Shown here one piece after another: positions 59,413 through 64,000 of a DNA stretch of 64,000 nt (the stretch's first letter is position 1; the number at the start of each line of letters is the position of its first letter). The notes under the pieces are model-generated. The model made no database searches and had not been told where the DNA came from. It was given only the letters and a program-made list of their open reading frames with translations. The stretch is taken from positions 1,270,473 to 1,334,472 of the forward strand of contig JAWQFM010000003.1 of NCBI GenBank assembly GCA_033442325.1, in the 5' to 3' direction. A program made the position numbers and the translations under genes. The DNA comes from Salpingoeca rosetta. Its lineage: Eukaryota > Protista > Choanoflagellata.

Positions 59413-60945
59413 TCATCTGTTGTGGCGCAGCCCCCACCAGCCCTCCAGATCTGCCAAGCGATTGATCTCGTGCTCGGCGTGCTGCAGCTGTAGATCACGA
59501 TCATCGACATCGGACATGACTGTCAGCGCCAGTGCAAAGTGCAGGCCCGCATGCGCGTGCTCCCGAGCGAAACTTATGCTCTTGACGGCGTGGAGAAGCG
59601 CACGCCGCATGGTGACCCGCTGCTCGCGCGGTGTTGCGTGTATGGCCTCGAGTTCCCGCCACAGCGCGCCTCGGCTGCGCGCGTTGCGCACGTGGCGCGT
59701 GAATGACGCGTAGTCGAGGAACTGGGCAAAGGGGAGCGGCTTGAGTGGCTCAAAGATGACGGGGATGCAGCCAACCATCATGGCGTCGAAGAAGCGCTGG
59801 TCCGTGAGCGAGTCGCCCATGGGCATGATGCAGTAGTGGCAGCGCGAGTACAGCCTGCGAGACTCGTCCGGTGACAGCTTGGTGAACATGAGCTGCGTGC
59901 GGGTGGAGCGGCAGCTGCCAAACACAAAGCTGTCGTTGCGCGCACGCAGCACCTCTGCGATACTCGTGCGCTGCTGGTTGAGAAGCGTGCCCTGGAAGCA
60001 AAACTCGTAGTGGCGCGCCCACTCCGGCGCAAACACGTGCTCCGGGATGTTCATGAGCAGCGGCGGCTGCTGCACGGCCACGTGTCTGCGCAGGCTGCGG
60101 CTCTGCCGGCGATTCGGGTGGCGGAGGTCCTGCACCTGCAGCGTCCGCACCTCGGGCGACCACACCACCATGTCGGGGTAGCGGTCCAGCAGCGTCTGCG
60201 TGTTCATGCGCAGCAGCGTGAGCGCGTTCCAGGGCCTCGCCGTAAACAGGATGAACCGACGGCCCAGCGGCTGCACGGCCCGGAACACCTGGTCGAAGCT
60301 AACATGCTGGTCAGCCACGTCCACGCCGCACGTGTGCACGGTGAGGAAGGGGATGTAGATCCACTCCGCCTGCGAAGGGTCCATGACAATGCTGCCAGTG
60401 ACGTTGCTCCTGAGCAGCAAGTGCATGACGCGCTCAGGGAGGTCGGCGGTCCCTGGTGCACACGCCTCCTCCCGCTGGTTGAACACCGCCCACGCCTCCT
60501 TCTCCGCGATGTAGATGCGTGGCGGTCGATATCCGATGCGCGCCAGCTCCGGCGGTATTGGCAAGGGTGATGGTGGTGAGGACCGGGAACCGCTCGTGTC
60601 GCCGTCTTTCCGCCTTGGCTGCTGCTGTGGCTGCTGTGGCCATCCGTGCCCGCCGCCGTCCCTGATGCTTAGCGTTGGCACAGGCACGTTTGCCGTGTTC
60701 ACGCCTTCCACGTCGGTTGGGAAGCTGCCTGCCCGCACCTCCCTGCACGTGAACGGGTGCAGCAGCAGGCCCACGTCCTCCGCCACCTTCAGCTTCAACT
60801 GCTCGCTCGTGCAGCACACCCACACCATGCCCAGCCCGACCGCAACGGCCACTGCCACCGCTGCCACCGCCACGCGGCTGCACCTGCGCCGCCCTGGCGC
60901 TGCCACTGCCACACCGCGCGTCTTGCGGCGTCGCGCCACCGTCAT
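59413..60945 (-). CDS. Intronless exostosin-family (GT47) glycosyltransferase, type II membrane topology
   Basis: Basic N-terminus, then a hydrophobic anchor (VAVAAVAVAVAVGLGMVWV). GT47 C-terminal motifs FCFQG, YCIMPMGDSLTDQRFFDAMMVGCIPVIF and LPFAQFLDYASF; DPSQAEWIYIPF corresponds to DP..AD.F.VP. Confidence 0.85.
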   Translation of the reverse strand: MTVARRRKTRGVAVAAPGRRRCSRVAVAAVAVAVAVGLGMVWVCCTSEQLKLKVAEDVGLLLHPFTCREVRAGSFPTDVEGVNTANVPVPTLSIRDGGGHGWPQQPQQQPRRKDGDTSGSRSSPPSPLPIPPELARIGYRPPRIYIAEKEAWAVFNQREEACAPGTADLPERVMHLLLRSNVTGSIVMDPSQAEWIYIPFLTVHTCGVDVADQHVSFDQVFRAVQPLGRRFILFTARPWNALTLLRMNTQTLLDRYPDMVVWSPEVRTLQVQDLRHPNRRQSRSLRRHVAVQQPPLLMNIPEHVFAPEWARHYEFCFQGTLLNQQRTSIAEVLRARNDSFVFGSCRSTRTQLMFTKLSPDESRRLYSRCHYCIMPMGDSLTDQRFFDAMMVGCIPVIFEPLKPLPFAQFLDYASFTRHVRNARSRGALWRELEAIHATPREQRVTMRRALLHAVKSISFAREHAHAGLHFALALTVMSDVDDRDLQLQHAEHEINRLADLEGWWGLRHNR

Positions 60946-61102
60946 CTTTTGCTATTGCTTGTTGTTGGTGGTAATGCACAGTCAGATCAGGCCTCACTTT
61001 TCGCACCAGCAACACAGCGAAACGACAAACGGACACGCACGGCTGCTGCTGCTGATGATGATGGTGAGGATGACGACGATGGGTCCGGCCACCACAACAG
61101 GC

Positions 61103-61810
61103 ATGGCGCTCATGCGTACGACGCTTCGGCGTGTCGGATATCTGAGCCAGCGTGGTGGTGTGGCGGCGCGCGCGCACTCAAAGCTTGCAGCACCTGCTGT
61201 TGCAACAGGTGCGACACGCGTTGCAACATCACAACAGTGTGCACGCGCGCTAACGACGAGAACGCTGCTGCGGATGCGCCCTCGGCGTGTGCATGCGATT
61301 CTGTCGTCCGTTCGCATGCTGCACAGCAGTTGGAGAAGCAGCAACGGCGGCAGCACCTTGAGCGAAGCAACAGAGAACAAGCCCTTTGACAACGTCGACG
61401 TGGACTGCTCCATGGTGGCCCACCTCAACCAGGAACAGGTGCGTGCGTGGTGTATGTGTGTGTGTGTGCCTGTGTGCGTGTGTGTGTATGTGTGTGTGTG
61501 TGTGTGTGTGTGGTGTGGTGTGGTGTGGTGTGTGTGTGGTGTGTGTTGTACACATCATGCGCTTTCATGCGCACACCATCCTTGCGCTCACAAGCACACA
61601 CTCCGTATGCCCACAAGCACACACTCCTCGTGCTCACAAGCACGCAACTGCTCAAATATGCACCTGCAACACCATGGCGCTCTCTGTTCCCTCTCTAGTT
61701 TGCGTACGAGTTGAGCGAAGCCGTGTCACATTGGCGCCAGAACAACGTGGCTGCCGCATGGCTTACGGTGCGCTGCACATACATGTGCTCGTCATGTGTT
61801 GCAGTGTGTG

Positions 61811-61857
<47 letters not shown>

Positions 61858-62800
61858 CGTGCGTGTTCATGCGAGTGTGTATCTGAGGGCCCATGGCGTG
61901 TGTGTTTGTGTGTGCTTGTATGGGAGTCTTGCCTCCTGAACGGCTGTGCGCGTGCCGTGGTACCCATCGGTTTGGCAAGCGGATGGTGTTTCTGCTTCAT
62001 GTCACCGCACTTCAAAGAGCGTTGCATTGCTGCGTTTGTACCGTTGTACTGAGCACTCGCGTTCCCTAATCCCACCTCCCGCCGACCCCTCCCTGTGCAC
62101 CACCGCCCAGGTCCCTGTGACGAGCGCGTGGATGGCAACGGTGGCCAACGAGGAGGGCTTTGTGCTCCACCATGCACGCAAGGGCATCATCAAGATGCTG
62201 CGTTGGCTAGACGAGTCGCGGCCGTGTCAGGTGCCACCGTACAACACGCACCAGGTTGCTGTGGCTGGCCTCATCATCAACGAACGCAAGGAGGTGCTGG
62301 CGATTAAGGAGAAGATCCAGCGCGTGGCCGGCTACAAGCTGCCTGGCGGCCGCGCAGACCCCGGCGAGAACTTTGGCGAGGCTGCGGTGCGCGAGGTGTT
62401 TGAGGAGACGGGCATTCGCAGCCGTTTCCACTCTGTTGTCGGCATTCGCCACATGCACGGGTTCCGGCACGGCGCGTCCGACATCTACGTCATCTGCCGG
62501 TGCATCCCGGAGAGCGAGGAGATCACCATGTGCGAGGATGAGCTGTCCGAGGCGCGCTGGATGCCGCTGGAGGACTACATCGACGACACCATGCCGCTCA
62601 ACCAGATCTTCATGCACAACATCAAGCGCAGCGTGGACGCTGCCCGCGGCCGCCACAATGAAGTGCTCCTGGACGTGGACCTGCCGGAGATTGTCATGCC
62701 ATCCCCGTACCGCGCCAACCAGCTCATGCATTTCTACCACGCAGGCGGGCCCCGCCCGCCGCCTTCTTCCACTGACGACGACGGCAGAGGGGATGACTGA
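61103..62800 (+). CDS. NUDT6: Nudix hydrolase, NUDT6-like, 3 exons, probable mitochondrial presequence
   Basis: Nudix box GGRADPGENFGEAAVREVFEETGI. The N-terminal domain (WLTVP..GFVLHHA..MLRWL..VPPYNTHQVAVAG) is typical of NUDT6. The N-terminus is Arg-rich and acid-free. The start may be an upstream ATG near 61055. Confidence 0.88.
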
Positions 62801-63150
62801 AACAGTGGCATCACCGCCACGGAACGTGCGCGTGGTGTGTGTGTAGTGATATGTGCGCGCGTGTTGTGTGTGTGTGTGTGGTGATATATATGTGTGTGTG
62901 TGTGTGGATGAGATGAGGGAGAAGAAGAGGGAGCAGAGGTGTATACGTGTGTGTGTGCTCTGTGTGTGTGTGTGTGTGTGTGTGCGTGTGTGTGTGAAGT
63001 GCAAGACATGACATGCAGCAGAGGTGCATGCTCGTGTTTGTGTTTGTGTTGCTTTTTGTGGTCCTGTGCCGAATTGTTACCACACTGCCATACAATTTTC
63101 CCCAAACAACGGCACTGGCTGGCTGGATGGAGGAAAGACAAACAACAGTG

Positions 63151-64000
63151 ATGACGAGCGTTGGCGTCAACAAGGTGGCTGCTGCTGTGGCGGTGGTGCT
63201 TGCCGTTCTTGGCCTGGCTGGCACTGTACATGCTCAGCTGCACAAGGGAGACTGGCCACAGTTTGGACGCACACCCAACTTTCACAGGTCTAACTGATGT
63301 GGCGTGTGTGTGTGTGCGTGTATGTGCGTGTGTATGCGTGTGTATGCGTGTGTGCTGCCCCAATTGTAGTCAAGTCCCACTGAATGTTGGTGGCGTGTGT
63401 TTCATCCAATCACTTGCTTCAACTGCTTGTGTTCATGACAGCTTCAACGATGTGGGAAACAACGGAGGACACGCCGAATGGTCGTACAACGTTCACAACA
63501 GGCAAGACAACCATGGTGTGAATCGTAATAACACATTGTCGAAACACAACTGCAATGGGAGGTGTGGAGGATGGTCATTGCGTTCTGGCTCTGCCTTGCC
63601 CTTTTGTTGTCTGTGGCATTGTGTGGGATGTCGAGAACAGTGACCGCTCACGTGTGGAGGGGTGAATTGTGCGCCAACCCACGAACTGCAGGGTTGTTGC
63701 CTCACCGGCTGTGGGTGGGGGCAAGGTGTTTGTTGGCTCTGACGACTCCAAGCTTTACTGCTTCAACCAGACATCGGGCAAGGTGCTGTGGACATTTGCC
63801 ACGGGCAACGCCGTCCGCAGCAGCCCTGCCCTGGCGCAGGATGGATCCGTGGTCTTTGGCAGCTATGACGGCCATGCCTACCGTGTCTCTGGCGAAGGCA
63901 AACTGCTTTGGAAGACCCAGATTGGCGGACACGTACGTGCCCACCACTTGTGTGGCTCGAATTGTCCCAGACGCACGTTCGTGTGTGTCGCGTGTGACGT
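63151..64000 (+). CDS. Secreted PQQ-repeat/BamB-like beta-propeller protein, 5' part (continues beyond window)
   Basis: Signal peptide MTSVGVNKVAAAVAVVLAVLGLAGTVHA, then DWPQFG. Repeats WSYNVHNRVVASPAVGGGKVFVGSDDSKLYCFNQTSGKVLW and TFATGNAVRSSPALAQDGSVVFGSYDGHAYRVSGEGKLLW. Confidence 0.82.

Overview
Intron-rich, GC-rich eukaryotic genomic DNA full of (CA)n/(TG)n, (CAA)n and (CAT)n microsatellites, with four N gaps. The style and gene content suggest a choanoflagellate such as Salpingoeca; this is an inference, not a database result. By stitching exons by hand I can support about 18 protein-coding genes: CSL4 (partial), SPTLC2, YEATS4, a myosin with IQ and two SH2 domains, a giant DBF4, MED7, an orphan gene, AP-1 sigma (plus a probably artefactual partial copy), a UBAC2-like gene, an intronless 14xWD40-TRP channel fusion, PIGM, TAT, an intronless C2H2-PHD-pseudo-OTU protein, POP5, VPS25, a GT47 glycosyltransferase, NUDT6 and a secreted PQQ/BamB-type beta-propeller protein (partial). 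The standout is the WD40-TRP channel, a candidate sensory receptor with two beta-propellers where animal TRPA/TRPV/TRPN channels carry ankyrin repeats. Other notable items are a transcription factor with an apparently dead OTU domain, a tandem-SH2 myosin that breaks the TEDS rule, a ~2,300-aa Dbf4 with YDF/FDF and KEN motifs, a TG-then-CA polarity of intronic microsatellites, and two GC-AG introns. I found no rRNA, tRNA, CRISPR array or recognisable transposon. Internal exon boundaries were read by eye and may be off by a few bases.
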